Position numbers and translations under genes: made by a program. From positions 1-64,000 of the forward strand of contig CDROCS010005599.1 in assembly GCA_977020255.1 (NCBI GenBank): DNA of 64,000 nt, given 5' to 3'. Origin of the DNA: Obrimoposthia wandeli. Its lineage: Eukaryota. Below the pieces are notes generated by a model. That model ran no database searches. It was given only the letters and a program-made list of their open reading frames with translations, and was not told the origin of the DNA. Positions 9,386 to 19,798 of this stretch are shown one piece after another (position 1 is the first letter of the stretch; every line of letters starts with the position of its first letter).

Positions 9386-9521
9386 ATTAGATAGACTTTA
9401 GGTGACCTCTGTACGATATAGCGAGCATCGTTATGGTGTAGAGGTCAGCTAGCTATAAACGCGGAAAAACACCAAGGCAAGTATTCGGTCTGACAAGAAA
9501 TAGCCATATCTGGCTATGAGT

Positions 9522-10598
9522 TCAAATTGTCTTAGGCAACGATTCAATTTTCCCACCGGCGCTACTGCTCAAAAGTACCATTGCATCACCTATTTTCATG
9601 TTGGCTGCAGAGCCGTGAATGGCCTTTTCAGCGTCCTCTAGCGCTTGATCGAACTGGTTGGCAATACGTTGAAAGCTATCAACCTCCGCCGTTGTTTTAT
9701 CACTTATTTCAGACATTGAACTCAGTAAAGCCTCAATGCGTTGGTAGGCCTCGTTAGTGGTGCTCGCCATACCGCTTTCGCTCTGCGAACCGATAGAGGC
9801 CATTGATGATTCAATCGCTTTAGCCATCGTCGATATTTTTTCCCTCAGTGTCACTTCATTGCTCTGTAATTGTTGCAGGTTATGATTGATGCTTTTGGCA
9901 TCTTTGGTTGAATTCTGTGCCAATGTTTTTATTTCGTCGGCAACCACCGCAAAACCTCTACCCGCTTCACCCGCTCTCGCCGCTTCAATCGCCGCATTTA
10001 GCGCCAGTAAATTAGTTTGGTCTGAGGTGAAAGTGATGGCAGTGGCGAGTTGAGAAATACCGCTTAGATCACTGAGAAAATGATTGAGTTCGCGGTTTAA
10101 ATCTTCAGAAGTGCTAGAGAACTGATGGATTTCTCCACTGAGTGATTGCGTTTTATCACAGATCGTTGAAAACCCCAGTCGTAACTCATTGAGAGCGTGT
10201 TGATCTTTATTGAGTGCTTGCGCAATTATTTTTAGTTCATTAATTGATTGAGTTACCGCACAAGCGAGCTCAGTAAAGAAGAGTAAACGCTCTTTAGACG
10301 CCGCGTTTACTTTTGTGGCGTTTGTCAGTACCTGTTGTGCAAATTGTTGCAATTCACTGATGTCAGCTGATACTGGAGATGTGTCTAACACTGTGGGCTC
10401 GGTGGGCAAAGGCTCTGTTTTAAATATGATAAAAGGAATCAATAAACACAAGAAATACGTCAGTGCGATCAGAGACCAATTAAATGAAGCCCCCTGTGAA
10501 AAAGAGCCCTGCTGATAGCAGGCATTAATGACACTGGCCGCTATTATGCAAGATAAAAGGCTGCTGGCGGTGTAGGCATTACGTAAGCGTAAAAACAT
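9522..10598 (-). CDS. Methyl-accepting chemotaxis protein with minimal sensory region
   Basis: Signalling hairpin [31 protein letters not shown]; two N-terminal hydrophobic segments with a short loop; RBS AAGGA upstream of the ATG. Confidence 0.92.
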   Translation of the reverse strand: MFLRLRNAYTASSLLSCIIAASVINACYQQGSFSQGASFNWSLIALTYFLCLLIPFIIFKTEPLPTEPTVLDTSPVSADISELQQFAQQVLTNATKVNAASKERLLFFTELACAVTQSINELKIIAQALNKDQHALNELRLGFSTICDKTQSLSGEIHQFSSTSEDLNRELNHFLSDLSGISQLATAITFTSDQTNLLALNAAIEAARAGEAGRGFAVVADEIKTLAQNSTKDAKSINHNLQQLQSNEVTLREKISTMAKAIESSMASIGSQSESGMASTTNEAYQRIEALLSSMSEISDKTTAEVDSFQRIANQFDQALEDAEKAIHGSAANMKIGDAMVLLSSSAGGKIESLPKTI

Positions 10599-10994
10599 TT
10601 CAAATCCTTCTCAGAAGTGAATAAAGCGTAGCAGTGAGCGGTAACGCTGATAATCAATGCAACGATGATATGGAAAAGCGAAAATACTAAAGCGTTATCG
10701 TAAGTAAATATTAGTCCAAATAAGACAAAATTCATCAATTTATGATCAGTTATCTATTATCAATGATTTAAATGTGCTGATTAAAAAATAAGCTATATTT
10801 AATGTGAGCTTGATAATACATAAGCAGATACTTTTCTTACGTTGAGTTATTGCTTCAAACGCCATCGGAAATGGACCTAGGGGTCAAAAAAATTAAGTTG
10901 ATATTCATGACTGTTGGCATTATGTTGGTATCTTATAATCTAGGAATAATACCTAGACATTGAGAAGTCGAACGTTCTATATTGAGGTTACATT

Positions 10995-12059
10995 ATGAGC
11001 ATTAGGACTTTTACAGCGTATTATAAGTGGCTGTTTGTAGTAGCTATTGTTTTATTGCAAGGTTGCATCCAGAGCGAGCCAGAAAAATTTAGTTGGCAGC
11101 TACAGTCTCAGGCAAATGAAAATAGCTTGGACTATAAAGAATTACTAGAGTTCTCAGCGCAAGTGAAGCTGATGAGTGCGAATCGTTTTAATATACAGAT
11201 TCACCCCAGCGGTGGTGTGACCGCAGGTGCCGACATTTACACGGCAGTAAAAGATGGTCGGGTTGAAATGGGTAACGGCTGGCCCAATTGGTGGTCGGGT
11301 AATAATCCGGCTTGGGCGCTACTCAACGCTGGCCCTTTCGACTTTATGAATATAGATGCCTCGATGATGTTCTTTATGGCGGGCGAGGGTAGCGCACTGG
11401 CTAATTCACTGTCGCGTCCGCACGGTATTCTATGGCGCCCAGCGTGGTGGCCGGGAATGGAATTTGGCTTGCTAGCGAAAGAACCTATTACTAGCTTGCA
11501 AGATCTAGCGATGAAGAGAGTGCGCATCGGACCTGGATTACCTAGCGAGGTTTTAGCAGCGGCATCAGGTGCTTATACTATCCCCTTGCTACCTGAAGAG
11601 ATTCGCGGTGCTCTAGAGAGTGGTGATCTTGATGCGGTTGAATGGACTACGACTACAGGGGCTTGGGATTTAGGGTTAAGCGATATCAGTAAACACGCGA
11701 TAGTCCCTGCCGTTTGGCAACCATCTGTACTGGCGGACTTTTTAATCAATGAGAAAGCCTACGCGGCGCTGCCGGTAGATCTACAGGCTATCCTTGAGTC
11801 GGCGATTAAAGCTTACACCTTGCAAACAACTTTAAAAGCAAAAGTAGCTGATTTCGCATCACTTAAAAAATTCACTGAAGCTGGCGTTAGCATCACCAAG
11901 TGGAGCGACAGTGATTTGAAAAAATGGCGCGAGGTGACGGAGCGGGTGATGCACAAGTACGCGGAAGAAAGCGCGATTAACAAAGAAATCATTGAGAAAA
12001 AGAAATTGTTTAAACAACAGTACAACGCTTATTACGAGTGGTTTGGCAGTTATGAGTAA
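10995..12059 (+). CDS. TRAP-type (DctP/TakP-like) solute-binding lipoprotein, with no DctQM nearby
   Basis: Lipobox LQGC; AVKDGRVEMG, MKRVRIGPG, ALESGDLDAVEW motifs. Confidence 0.85.
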   Translation: MSIRTFTAYYKWLFVVAIVLLQGCIQSEPEKFSWQLQSQANENSLDYKELLEFSAQVKLMSANRFNIQIHPSGGVTAGADIYTAVKDGRVEMGNGWPNWWSGNNPAWALLNAGPFDFMNIDASMMFFMAGEGSALANSLSRPHGILWRPAWWPGMEFGLLAKEPITSLQDLAMKRVRIGPGLPSEVLAAASGAYTIPLLPEEIRGALESGDLDAVEWTTTTGAWDLGLSDISKHAIVPAVWQPSVLADFLINEKAYAALPVDLQAILESAIKAYTLQTTLKAKVADFASLKKFTEAGVSITKWSDSDLKKWREVTERVMHKYAEESAINKEIIEKKKLFKQQYNAYYEWFGSYE

Positions 12060-12065
12060 CACGCT

Positions 12066-14315
12066 TTGAATGCACTAACTTCTCGGTTATTTGTTATTCT
12101 CAGTGTTATTACCATTGTTGTAATGTCTAGCTTTGTGGCGCTGCGTTATCAATCTAACGCGCAACTAATGGGCACGGCACTGGAAGAGCGCAGCGAGGCT
12201 GTTGCCAAACGCGTCGCCAGTTCGATTCAACTGACGATCTGGAATATCTATCGTAAAACTTACGATAGACGATTCTCTGTTGAGTTTGCCTCGGGCATTC
12301 TCAATGCTGAAATGCAATCTTCTTTTGTTAAAGGGATCAAAGTATTCGGTAATTTTGGTCACCTTTACACCGGTAAAATAAAGGTAGATAACCAGGTCGT
12401 TACTTATGTGCCATCGCTGCACGACACGATGTGGAGCCGTGATGAAAATGTGCACCGTTATCCTATCCGCGAAGGGGTCATGACGATAGGTAATGTCGAA
12501 GTGACTTACAGTGATGATGAATTCTCCGCAAACTTACGCCAAAGTTTAATTTTAGATATCACTCAAATAGCGGTTATCAGCTTGCTGTTTGTGCTCTCTC
12601 TCTATTTAGTTTTACATCGTGCTTTAGTATCGCCACTGAAGTCTTTACAAGTGGCGGAGCGCGCGTTGCGCTCACTTGATGAGGCCGTTTTTGTATTGGA
12701 TTACCAAGGTTTTTTAATTGATATAAACCCCAGCTTTAGCAAGATGACCAAGTACTCATTGGAAAGTATTAAAGGTGAAATTGCCCCTGTTTTTGCCAAA
12801 GAGCATCCACACAAGAGCATTATAGAATTACTTGAACTCAATGACGGTAAAAGTTGGGCGGGAGAAGTGATTGGGAAAAGGCGCTGCGGTAAAAAATTTC
12901 CAGGCTGGTTGAATGTACATAAGGTGACAGGGCGAGATCAATCGGTCACTTACGTAGCGGTCTTGAATGATATTGCCGAAAAGCAAAAGGCTGAGGAAAA
13001 ATTACATCAATTAGCCTACTTTGATACGTTAACTAACGTGGCGAATCGCTATTCGTTTTTGCAAAATTTAGAACATGATACTCATCAGGCTCGTCGTACT
13101 GAGAGGCAAGTAGCCCTACTTTACATCGATTTGGATAACTTTAAATGGGTCAACGATAGCTTTGGCCATGAAGTAGGTGACAAATTACTGATCGAACTCA
13201 GTCAGCGTTTTAATAACCGACTGCGAGCCAGTGATGTACTTTACCGAATAGGCGGTGATGAATTCACAGTGATCGTTAAAGATTATGACGATGACGTTAG
13301 TTTGGCCGGATTTGCCGCTAATCTGGCCAGTTTGGCGGCCATGCCAATGAGTATTGAAAACCATGTGATTCACCCAGGGGTTAGCATTGGTATAGCAACT
13401 TATCCTCAGGATGCTGAAGACGCACAGCTGTTGATAAAACGTGCCGATGCCGCAATGTTTCAGGCAAAGCAGGAAGGGCGAGGCCAAGTGTGCTTTTTCT
13501 CCTCTGAGCTAGAAAAATTACGTGTGCAAGATCAGTTGATTGTCGAGGGATTACAGCAGGCGTTGGCGCAAGATGAGTTTAGCTTGTACTTGCAGCCCAA
13601 AGTCAGTTTAGGGGGCAGTAACTTTGTCACCCACAGTGTTGAGGCATTGTTACGCTGGCACCGTGAAGGTGAAATTGTCTACCCGCCGGATGTCTTTATA
13701 CCGGTAGCCGAACGGCATAATTTAATCTGTGATATAGGTTATTGGGTCATAGAACAAGCTTGTTCTCAGCTGGCTAAGTGGCGTGAGCAAGATGTTACAG
13801 ATATTAGTATTGCGATTAATTTATCCCCTAAGCAGCTCAAAGATGACAAACTGTTTTTCTTTCTCAGCCAGCAGATAAGCGACTACCATATTCGCCCCGG
13901 TGAACTGGAAGTTGAAATTACTGAAAGTGCAGTGATCGAGGATATCAAAAGCTCCATTTATACTTTGAACCGATTGCGCTCGTTGGGTGTCAGTGTCTCC
14001 ATGGATGATTTTGGCACCGGCTATTCATCTTTGAGTTATTTGAAGCAGCTGCCTATCGATGTGCTAAAAATAGATCGCTCTTTTATCGATACCATCCCTC
14101 ACGACCCCGATGATGTGGCTATCGTCAAAGCGATATTTTCGATGGCCCAAGCACTCGGTATTGAAGTCGTTGCCGAGGGCATTGAAACGCGTGAGCAATT
14201 GCAGTTCCTGATCGATAATAACTGTCAGATGGGGCAGGGATATTTCTTCTCAAAACCTCTGTCCAGTGATGCATTTCTGCAGTGGCATCGCGCAGAACAC
14301 TTATACGCTCACTAA
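12066..14315 (+). CDS. Membrane-anchored PAS-GGDEF-EAL c-di-GMP enzyme
   Basis: Two TM segments flanking a periplasmic region; PAS; RASD I-site five residues before GGDEF; VEALLRW and DDFGTGYSS; TTG start 6 nt after the SBP stop. Confidence 0.93.
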   Translation: MNALTSRLFVILSVITIVVMSSFVALRYQSNAQLMGTALEERSEAVAKRVASSIQLTIWNIYRKTYDRRFSVEFASGILNAEMQSSFVKGIKVFGNFGHLYTGKIKVDNQVVTYVPSLHDTMWSRDENVHRYPIREGVMTIGNVEVTYSDDEFSANLRQSLILDITQIAVISLLFVLSLYLVLHRALVSPLKSLQVAERALRSLDEAVFVLDYQGFLIDINPSFSKMTKYSLESIKGEIAPVFAKEHPHKSIIELLELNDGKSWAGEVIGKRRCGKKFPGWLNVHKVTGRDQSVTYVAVLNDIAEKQKAEEKLHQLAYFDTLTNVANRYSFLQNLEHDTHQARRTERQVALLYIDLDNFKWVNDSFGHEVGDKLLIELSQRFNNRLRASDVLYRIGGDEFTVIVKDYDDDVSLAGFAANLASLAAMPMSIENHVIHPGVSIGIATYPQDAEDAQLLIKRADAAMFQAKQEGRGQVCFFSSELEKLRVQDQLIVEGLQQALAQDEFSLYLQPKVSLGGSNFVTHSVEALLRWHREGEIVYPPDVFIPVAERHNLICDIGYWVIEQACSQLAKWREQDVTDISIAINLSPKQLKDDKLFFFLSQQISDYHIRPGELEVEITESAVIEDIKSSIYTLNRLRSLGVSVSMDDFGTGYSSLSYLKQLPIDVLKIDRSFIDTIPHDPDDVAIVKAIFSMAQALGIEVVAEGIETREQLQFLIDNNCQMGQGYFFSKPLSSDAFLQWHRAEHLYAH

Positions 14316-14335
14316 AGTCTAGCGTCCTGTTTACC

Positions 14336-14362
14336 AAGCGCTCATTTACCCGTTGAGCGCTT
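14336..14362. terminator. Probable terminator hairpin between convergent genes
   Basis: aagcgctca-N9-tgagcgctt followed by a T-rich run. Confidence 0.5.
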
Positions 14363-15239
14363 TTGTCTTCTCACAATACTGATGCATATAATCGCGCAAG
14401 CACTTTGCCCTAGCGCTTAATAACTTACCACTTGGCCACACTGTATAAAGATCGCGGTTGGGCCCCTGCCAAGCTTGTAACACTTGCACTAGATCTCCTT
14501 GTTCGATGAAGTGCTGAACTTCACTGGTGGGTAATAGTGAAATGCCAAGATCATCGCAAACTAGTTGTGTCACAAGGTTTACGTCGTTGGCTAAAGAGGT
14601 GAATCGCGGATGCAGTTGCTGCGACTTAGTGCCATCTACTTTAGACATTGACCAGGTCGATAATGTATTGGTGCCTATTAAACGATGGCCGCTGAGTAAT
14701 TCTAAGTTCTGTGGAACGCCGTGCTGCGCTAAGTAGTGAGGAGTGGCGACCAAAATGGTCTTTAATGATCCCAAGCGTTTTTGATAGAGTAGAGAGGACT
14801 CTTGCGGGCCTATGCGCAACGCAATATCGGCCCCTGTCGACAATAGGTTCTCCACACTGTTACTTAAACTCAATTCAAGTTTGATAGCGGGATAGGTTTT
14901 AATAAAATCGGACCACATAGGCTGTAATAGGCCAGTAGATATATTGGTAGGTGCCAATACTTTCAATGGGCCGGCTAATGCATTGAGTTCAGTATTGAGT
15001 TTAAGTTGAGTTTGTTCCAGCTGCTCGACTAACCCCGCATAAGCTTGATAAAAACTCTCTCCGGCAGGTGTCAGGATAAATTGCCGAGCAGATCTATGAA
15101 TGAGTTTACGCGCAACCTGCTCTTCTAGCCGCTTTAGGCGTCGGGTCACAGTGGCCGCTGGAAGGTTGAGCTTGTGTGCCGCCGCCGCCAGCCCTTGTTG
15201 CTGCACAATGTGAATAAATAAAACGATATTATCGTACAT
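14346..15239 (-). CDS. LysR family regulator (CrgA/DmlR-like)
   Basis: HTH AAAAHKLNLPAATVTRRLKRLEE; ADIALRIG; likely start at the ATG at 15239. Confidence 0.92.
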   Translation of the reverse strand: MYDNIVLFIHIVQQQGLAAAAHKLNLPAATVTRRLKRLEEQVARKLIHRSARQFILTPAGESFYQAYAGLVEQLEQTQLKLNTELNALAGPLKVLAPTNISTGLLQPMWSDFIKTYPAIKLELSLSNSVENLLSTGADIALRIGPQESSLLYQKRLGSLKTILVATPHYLAQHGVPQNLELLSGHRLIGTNTLSTWSMSKVDGTKSQQLHPRFTSLANDVNLVTQLVCDDLGISLLPTSEVQHFIEQGDLVQVLQAWQGPNRDLYTVWPSGKLLSARAKCLRDYMHQYCEKTKALNG

Positions 15240-15337
15240 GATTTCGTATCTGGAATTTATGATTGAATTAATCAATATATATTTCATTTATGCAAGTGTC
15301 TATGCTGTTTTTTCCAAAACATACAGCAGAGAAGCAA

Positions 15338-15625
15338 ATGACGAAATTATGGATTAGTGCCGGTCTTAAGGTTAACCCCGGTAAATCAGCGAGCTATGTA
15401 AAAGACGCCCTTATCATATTACAGCAGCAAACGTGCCTAGAAGAGGGATGCATATATTTTGATGTGTTACACAACATAGAAGATCCCAGTAAATTCACGC
15501 TCTGGGAAGAGTGGATAAACGAAGCCGCACTGGCGGAACACTTTGCTAAAGATCACACTAAAGCGTATATCAAGCAGGGATTAACCGAGGTTTTATACGT
15601 TGAAAAGCTGGAGAAACTATCATGA
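15338..15625 (+). CDS. Antibiotic biosynthesis monooxygenase (ABM)/putative quinol monooxygenase
   Basis: EEGCIYFDV...FTLWEEW...AL.EHF...HT pattern; likely start at 15338. Confidence 0.85.
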   Translation: MTKLWISAGLKVNPGKSASYVKDALIILQQQTCLEEGCIYFDVLHNIEDPSKFTLWEEWINEAALAEHFAKDHTKAYIKQGLTEVLYVEKLEKLS

Positions 15626-15864
15626 TTCATCGCCTTATTTTTGCGTTTATAATGTCCTTACTCTTATCTTCTCTGATGACAGCGTGGGTCACTTGGCTGA
15701 ATCTCGGTTGGTCGGGGCAATACTTACAACAGTGGCTACATGCCTTTGTTTTAGCTTGGCCTGTCGCTGCGCTGATTTCATTATTCAGCGCACCTGAAAT
15801 TCATAAGCTGGCCACCTCGCTCAGCCTTAGAGTCAGTGCCGGTTTGCGGACAAATAATATATGA
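15622..15864 (+). CDS. DUF2798-like small membrane protein
   Basis: FAFIMSLLLSSLMT...WLHAFVLAWPVA pattern; overlaps both neighbours by 4 nt. Confidence 0.8.
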   Translation: MIHRLIFAFIMSLLLSSLMTAWVTWLNLGWSGQYLQQWLHAFVLAWPVAALISLFSAPEIHKLATSLSLRVSAGLRTNNI

Positions 15865-16238
15865 GTACTCTACAGCGCTTGAATTATAGCCAGCTGGGCG
15901 AAGCGGTGGGTCCGTATTCTCATGCAGTGATTCATCAAAAGGTGTTATATACCTCTGGGCTTACAGCGTATGGAAGTGACGCGCAGCATAAAGAGATAGT
16001 TGCACAAACTAAGGAGATATTTACGCAACTTTCTCATATTTGCCAGAGTCATCAAGTGACGTTGGATCATCTTATAAAAGTTACAATCTTTATCACTGAT
16101 ATGAGGGATGTCGCGCAGTTAAGGTCAGCATTATTTGAACTTTACGGGGAGAACTTTCCAGCGAGTACACTTATTAAGGTGGACTCATTATTTAGTCAGG
16201 AATTACTGATAGAAGTCGAAGCGACCATTGGTTTGTAA
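15861..16238 (+). CDS. Rid family protein
   Basis: GPYSHAV..LYTSG, LIKVTIFITD, FPASTLIKV...IEVEA; lacks the RidA Arg. Confidence 0.88.
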   Translation: MSTLQRLNYSQLGEAVGPYSHAVIHQKVLYTSGLTAYGSDAQHKEIVAQTKEIFTQLSHICQSHQVTLDHLIKVTIFITDMRDVAQLRSALFELYGENFPASTLIKVDSLFSQELLIEVEATIGL

Positions 16239-16425
16239 CTTGATCTAGTCATCAGTATTGAATGATACCAATGCAGCGCTGGCTATCTGGTGAGTAAGTG
16301 AGACATAGATCACACTATTAAACAGCGCTTTAATCTCCTACCAAAAGTAATTCAGCCCTAGGCTCATCCTTTGTTAGATGATCACTAGAGCTTCATTATC
16401 AAGATTCTATGATACATTTATTGTC

Positions 16426-17364
16426 TTATAATATGCCTTGTTTTGCTCTACGTTTGACTATCCACTCTGTCATCGCAATGCCACCAAGCACCAAGCTCAA
16501 GCCGTAAAAGTGGTAGCTGTGGAACTGCTCACGCAGAACGACAACCGCGAGCAGTGCACCAAAAATAGGAACCAGATTGATGAATACCCCGCCACGGTTG
16601 GCACCTATTTGGGCTATTCCTTTGGCGTAAAAAAGCTGTGCAAAAAATGAAGGAAAAACGGCAACGTACAAAATGATGGCAATACTTTCCCAACTCATTT
16701 CTGGCAGAGAGTACTGAACGATACTCCATAACATTAATGGAATCATACTGACTAGCGAGGCGAGGCCGAGTGCAAAGATAAAACTGGCATCGCTGATCGC
16801 GGGGCGATAGCGCAGTGATAAGCTGTAGCAAGCATAGCAGACCACAGCAAAGAGCATCATCGCATCCCCGCGATTTAAATCCCCTTGCAACAGACTGACA
16901 AGATCACCCCGAGCGACAGTCAGTATCACCCCAAAGATAGCGAGGGAGACACCGAATAGCTGTAGGGCGAATACCCGCTGGCCAAACACGATTTTGTTGA
17001 GGCCGATGATCACCATAGGGATTGCCGCTTGGGAGATGGCAACATTGATGGCACTGGTGTAATGGAGCGCGCCGTATAAGGTGAGATTAAAGCCGACAAA
17101 ACCGACCAGGGCCATGGCACCTAGCCGGCGCCAGTATTTACAAATGATGGGCCAGTCATTACGTAAATGTGGCCTAGCGATAAAAAAAATGAAAATCACG
17201 GCGATAAACCAGCGGAAAAAAGTTAATTCAATCGCACTGAGCTGATCAGTTGCCAGTTTACCGACAACGGCGTTAGCACCCCAAAATAATGGAGCTAAGG
17301 TCAAAAAAAGGTAGGCGTTGTTAAAAGGCGTTGATTTAGTGATCGCCGGTTTTTGGCTATTCAT
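16426..17364 (-). CDS. DMT/EamA family transporter
   Basis: About 10 hydrophobic segments with two EamA repeats (FWGANAVVGK ... GANRGGVFINLVP). Confidence 0.9.
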   Translation of the reverse strand: MNSQKPAITKSTPFNNAYLFLTLAPLFWGANAVVGKLATDQLSAIELTFFRWFIAVIFIFFIARPHLRNDWPIICKYWRRLGAMALVGFVGFNLTLYGALHYTSAINVAISQAAIPMVIIGLNKIVFGQRVFALQLFGVSLAIFGVILTVARGDLVSLLQGDLNRGDAMMLFAVVCYACYSLSLRYRPAISDASFIFALGLASLVSMIPLMLWSIVQYSLPEMSWESIAIILYVAVFPSFFAQLFYAKGIAQIGANRGGVFINLVPIFGALLAVVVLREQFHSYHFYGLSLVLGGIAMTEWIVKRRAKQGIL

Positions 17365-17630
17365 GACACAGTACCATTGAAAAGAGCGAGTGCGGCAGTA
17401 TAGCGATAGCTGATTGAGCGAGATAGCATACTTTTGTCTTTACCCAATATTATCATCACGTGATTCACGTTAAGAGGCCTTATTTCTAGCAGTGAGTAAG
17501 CGCCTGAGAAAATTGTATTGACACTTCCTCGACAGTGTGGAGAATTGTTATCTATGGGGCACTCGGATGCCTCGTGAGGCGCCAGCCAAATTCCGCATCC
17601 ATTAATCCTAAATACCAGGAGGATGCCCAG

Positions 17631-18458
17631 ATGGCGTCACCAACAGAAATTACTTGCGCGCAATTATCTCGTTTGATCGGTACCCCAGAATGCCCGACGA
17701 TTATTGATGTACGTACCGATGAAGATTTTTCCGCAGATCCTGAATTTATTCCCAGCGCGATAAAAGTCCCCTTTACTGACATGCAACAATTAGCCACGCG
17801 ACTTAGTGGTGGAAAAGTAATTGTCTACTGCCAAAAAGGTTTCAAGATAAGTCAGGGTGCTGCAGCGGTGCTGCGCAGCCTAGGGGTAAATGCTGAAACT
17901 TTGCAAGGAGGACACTTTGCTTGGCGCGATGCGAATTTACCGCTAATTATCGCCTCTGCACCCCCGGTACGCTCACCTGAAGGCCACACCGTTTGGGTCA
18001 CTAGAGCGAGACCAAAAATAGATCGTATTGCATGCCCTTGGTTGATCAAACGCTTTGTTGATCCCAATGCGCAATTTTTATTTGTCTCTTCGAGTCAAGT
18101 TGAGGCCGTTGCCGAAAGATTCAACGCCACTCCTTTTGATATAGAAGGTGTTTTTTGGAGTCACCGCGGCGATAACTGTACTTTTGATACTATGCTCGAA
18201 GAATTTGGCCTGCACACTAAAGCGCTTGATCACCTGGCAAAAATTATTCGAGGTGCAGATACCGACAACTGCGATCTTACGCCACAATCTGCAGGTTTAT
18301 TAGCCGCCTCCCTAGGTTACTCAAGAATGTATCGTGATGACTTGGCGCAGTTAGAGGCGAGCTTGCCGCTTTACGATGCCTTTTATCGCTGGTCTAGAGA
18401 TGCGGTCAATGAAACGCATACTTGGCCAATGAACAAGGGGGTTAATAATGCTAGCTAA
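17631..18458 (+). CDS. chrB: Chromate resistance protein ChrB (rhodanese-like plus chromate-resistance domain)
   Basis: IIDVR, VIVYCQKG, WVTRARPKIDRIACPWLIKRFVD, CTFD; strong RBS GGAGG before the ATG at 17631. Confidence 0.9.
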   Translation: MASPTEITCAQLSRLIGTPECPTIIDVRTDEDFSADPEFIPSAIKVPFTDMQQLATRLSGGKVIVYCQKGFKISQGAAAVLRSLGVNAETLQGGHFAWRDANLPLIIASAPPVRSPEGHTVWVTRARPKIDRIACPWLIKRFVDPNAQFLFVSSSQVEAVAERFNATPFDIEGVFWSHRGDNCTFDTMLEEFGLHTKALDHLAKIIRGADTDNCDLTPQSAGLLAASLGYSRMYRDDLAQLEASLPLYDAFYRWSRDAVNETHTWPMNKGVNNAS

Positions 18459-19755
18459 TACGATCAAACAGCCTGCGATTGCCACCGTTTCTCTGGTTGA
18501 ATTATTCCGTGTTTTCTTAAAGATAGGGTTGCTCTCTTTCGGTGGACCCGCCGCGCAAATCTCTTTAATGCATAGCACTTTAGTTGACAACAAAAAGTGG
18601 CTCACTGAGGCTCAGTTTCTCAATGCCTTAGGTTTTTGTATGCTCTTGCCAGGTCCAGAGGCAATGCAGCTGGCAACTTATGCGGGGTGGCGGCTGCGAG
18701 GTATTGTTGGCGGATTGATTGCGGGTCTACTCTTCGTGATTCCAGGTGCCTTGGTTATTCTGACACTGGCGATTCTCTACATGCGATACGCTGATTTATA
18801 TCTTGTTGATACTTTATTCCTCGGAGTTAAAGCGGCAGTCATTGCAATCGTCCTGCAGGCGCTGTTACGTATAGCGGGAAAGGCTTTGCATCATAAGGCT
18901 CACTGGGCGATAGCGCTGAGTGCCTTTGTGGCGCTGTTCTTTTTTGCACTGCCCTTTCCGTTGGTCATTTTATTTGCGGGGCTCTATGGCTTCTGCTTTT
19001 ATGATCGACAGCAAATTACGCCAGATGCTAAGACCTGCCAAGCGGTTAGTGTACGCTCAAGTATTGTAACAGCGGGATTGGGATCAATTATTTGGCTATT
19101 GCCGTTAGTGTTACTTGCGCAGTTTAGTGATAGTCCTTTATTGGTGGAGCTGGGAAGCTTCTTTGCCAAGTTAGCGGTGGTTACCTTTGGTGGTGCCTAT
19201 GCGGTATTGGTTTATATGGCACAAGATGTCGTCACAAACTTTGGCTGGCTGAGTGCCGGGGAGATGATAGACGGATTAGGATTGGCGGAGACGACCCCTG
19301 GGCCACTAATTTTAGTGACGGAATTTGTCGCTTTTATCACCGGCTTTAATGAAGGCGGAATAGGGCTGGGGATAGCGGCGGCAAGCTTGACACTTTGGGT
19401 GACATTTGTGCCCTGTTTTATCTGGATTTTCGTTGGGGCCCCCTATATCGAATGGCTATTTAGTCAGTCTCGGCTAAAATCCGCATTGGCGGCAATTACG
19501 GCAGCAGTGGTGGGCGTGATAATGAACTTATCACTCTGGTTTAGCTTGCACGTGCTTTTCTCGCATGTCAGTCAAAGCACCTTTGGCCCCATTGTGTTGT
19601 GGCAGCCACAGCTGAGCAGTATTAATTTACTGGCGCTGGGGCTGTCTCTTTTAAGTGTTTTTTTACTCTTCAAGCTACGCTTCTCTGTGTTGCAGTTACT
19701 CGCCTGTGGCGCAATATTAAGCTGGGGTTTTAGCAGTGTGAGTACTTTTGCCTGA
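18448..19755 (+). CDS. chrA: Chromate efflux transporter ChrA (long-chain)
   Basis: SFGGPAAQI, LPGPEAMQLA, TFGGAYAVL, ETTPGPLI duplicated CHR motifs; overlaps chrB. Confidence 0.95.
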   Translation: MLANTIKQPAIATVSLVELFRVFLKIGLLSFGGPAAQISLMHSTLVDNKKWLTEAQFLNALGFCMLLPGPEAMQLATYAGWRLRGIVGGLIAGLLFVIPGALVILTLAILYMRYADLYLVDTLFLGVKAAVIAIVLQALLRIAGKALHHKAHWAIALSAFVALFFFALPFPLVILFAGLYGFCFYDRQQITPDAKTCQAVSVRSSIVTAGLGSIIWLLPLVLLAQFSDSPLLVELGSFFAKLAVVTFGGAYAVLVYMAQDVVTNFGWLSAGEMIDGLGLAETTPGPLILVTEFVAFITGFNEGGIGLGIAAASLTLWVTFVPCFIWIFVGAPYIEWLFSQSRLKSALAAITAAVVGVIMNLSLWFSLHVLFSHVSQSTFGPIVLWQPQLSSINLLALGLSLLSVFLLFKLRFSVLQLLACGAILSWGFSSVSTFA

Positions 19756-19798
19756 GAGGGTCAACAGCAGATAGTTGTGGTCTTGATTGGTTTTACGG

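Noticed and set aside
10544-10738. Hydrophobic 64-aa ORF as a frameshifted N-terminus of the MCP
   Set aside because: The MCP ATG at 10598 has its own well-spaced AAGGA RBS; the ORF lies in AT-rich promoter DNA and has no recognisable family.
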